DNA of 64,000 nt from Malacoraja senta (lineage: Eukaryota): NCBI GenBank assembly GCA_038087875.1, contig CM075991.1:3286001-3350000 (forward strand). Direction: 5' to 3'. This document shows positions 62,401 to 64,000 of this stretch, piece by piece. The stretch's first letter is position 1. The number at the start of each line of letters is the position of its first letter. Under the pieces are notes generated by a model. The model had not been told where the DNA came from, did not search any database, and saw nothing but the letters and a program-made list of their open reading frames with translations. Made by a program: the position numbers and the translations under genes.

Positions 62401-62694
62401 AGAGAAGGTAAAAGTTGTTGTTTGATACCATCAAACTAAAATTCTAAAAAGTAATTAAAGAACAACTCATCCAATTAAATTCTTACTCATTTACAAAATG
62501 ATATATTATCATAATAGGAACAGTAAATCTCCGATTGTAACTTAATCAGAGAAGGTAAAAGTTGTTTGATACCATCATACTAAAATTCTATAAAGTAAAT
62601 TAAAGAACAACTCATCCAATTAAATTCTTAATCATTTACAAAATGACATATATTGTCAAAATAGGAACAGTAAATCTCCAATTGTAACTTAATC
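62401..62694. repeat. 147-bp tandem duplication in the L1 inter-ORF spacer
   Basis: 62401-62547 and 62548-62694 are near-identical direct copies. Confidence 0.92.
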
Positions 62695-63679
62695 AGCTAT
62701 CAGTAGCTCCCGGTCATGGCTTCACCCCCATAAGCCTCCAGAAAGCTGGAAGCGTCTTGAGGATTGATAAAAAATCGGTTGTTACCATTAAAGAGTCGTA
62801 TACGCAGTCTAGCTGGATAAAGTAAGGCGGGTCGCAACTTTTTCTTAAACAACTCACATTACATAATGGATAGACTTTCTCAATTCCAAAAGCTCATGGC
62901 TGTAATCAGGAACAAACCAAAACTTGCATCCTTCATATTCAACCATGCCCAACTTTTTTGCTGCCTGGAGGATATTCTCCTTCATCTGCAAGAAGTGAAA
63001 CCGAATGATCAAATGTCTCAGTTTATCTTGGGGACCAGATTTCTTCCCGATCCTGTGTGCGTTATCCAAAATTGGAAGATTTTCATTATGCTCGGTGTTC
63101 AAAGTCTCCTTTATAATTTTAGAGGCATATTTTATAACATTATCCCCTTCTTGACCTGCCGGCAAACCAACAATTCGCAAATTCAGTCGACGGCTTCTGT
63201 TTTCCAGATCCATATTTTTATTCTTGTATTGCTGGAGTGCCCTAGTATTTTCATTCATTTTCCGGTCCAGTTTTTCAATCTTCAAATCTCTCTCCTGGCC
63301 CAAGATTCGCAAGTTATCAATTTGTTCCTTCTGTTCACGAGATTCATCTTGTAACATAATCAGCTTGTCTTGAACTTCCTTCAATTTGCTCGAAATTTCT
63401 TTCACCATTTCTTCCAAACTGCGAAATCTTGTTTTTATTTCAATTTTCAGTTCATCGTTCATTTTCGATATTGCTTCTAAGATACCAGAGTCAGAAGCTG
63501 CGCCTCCCCCGCGCACCTTCCTTGGAGAAGCTCTTTTCCCTCTTGTCTCCATCCTTTACACGATTGAAGCGTATAAAAGTGTTATCAACACTTTAAGAAA
63601 AGTTAGACCGTGCCTTGAAATCAAGTAATAACAAGTAACATTGAAAGAGTGGTAAGCAAAAAGTTAAAAGTTAAGGGAG

Positions 63680-64000
63680 CATACCCGAAGAGGAAGAAGG
63701 CAAATCCATGTCTGAATTTGTGGAGCAACTTTTGAAAACTGAACTCGCAATAACAATGGACACCAACCTTGGATCCAGCACGCGCACAGAGCTTTGGATC
63801 GCAAACCGGAACGTAACGCACCACACAGGTCCATAGTGGTAAATTTCCTGGAGTTTAATACCAAAGAAATGGTATTGAAAAAGGCCTGGGGAATGAAGGT
63901 AATGATTGACGGGCGACGTCTATCATTTGATCACGACTATGCAATGGAGGTTGTCCAGCAGCGCAAGGCATATAAGGGAATAAAGAGGTACCTGGAGGAG
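63680..64000 (+). mobile_element. L1-type ORF1 fragment of a different family, running off the window
   Basis: SIPEEEEGKSMSEFVEQLL..AHRAL..RSIVVNFLEF..KEMVLKKAW..SFDHDY. Confidence 0.75.

Larger units (their letters stand above)
59185..63670 (-). mobile_element. L1 with 5' UTR, ORF1 and internally deleted ORF2
   Basis: ORF1 63552 to about 62699 (coiled coil, LENRSRRLNLRIVGLP, AHR; frameshift near 62870), ORF2 start FLSWNVNGL at 61876, and C-terminal CDRC..HMFWSC. Confidence 0.88.

Overview
This is vertebrate nuclear DNA, most likely from a cartilaginous fish (skate or ray). That assignment is inferred from the repeat families: CR1 LINEs with an SGNH-esterase ORF1, HE1/V-SINEs, abundant Penelope-derived repeats, L1, Tx1 and Rex1. 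Most of the window is nested transposon debris. One host gene is supported: the first three coding exons of a group-B SRCR scavenger-receptor gene on the + strand (signal-peptide exon 34189-34234, 33-nt linker exon 37784-37816, SRCR exon 38596-38910, all joined in phase 1). No further SRCR exon was seen in the remaining 25 kb. The most notable elements are: (i) a double-headed THAP DNA transposon (ISL2EU-like, AT target duplication) holding a nest of LINEs; (ii) many Penelope-derived repeats carrying degenerate minimal hammerhead-ribozyme motifs, several in palindromic units; (iii) a gamma-type retroviral env-PPT-U3 fragment flanked by a 38-bp duplication of host sequence; (iv) a near full-length Keno-like Tx1 element with a U2-snRNA-like 5' end and a structured 5' UTR, interrupted by a young L1; (v) an old local segmental duplication. 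No CRISPR array, rRNA, tRNA gene or prokaryote-type system was found. Family names come from recalled motifs, not from database searches. Boundaries of degraded repeats are approximate.
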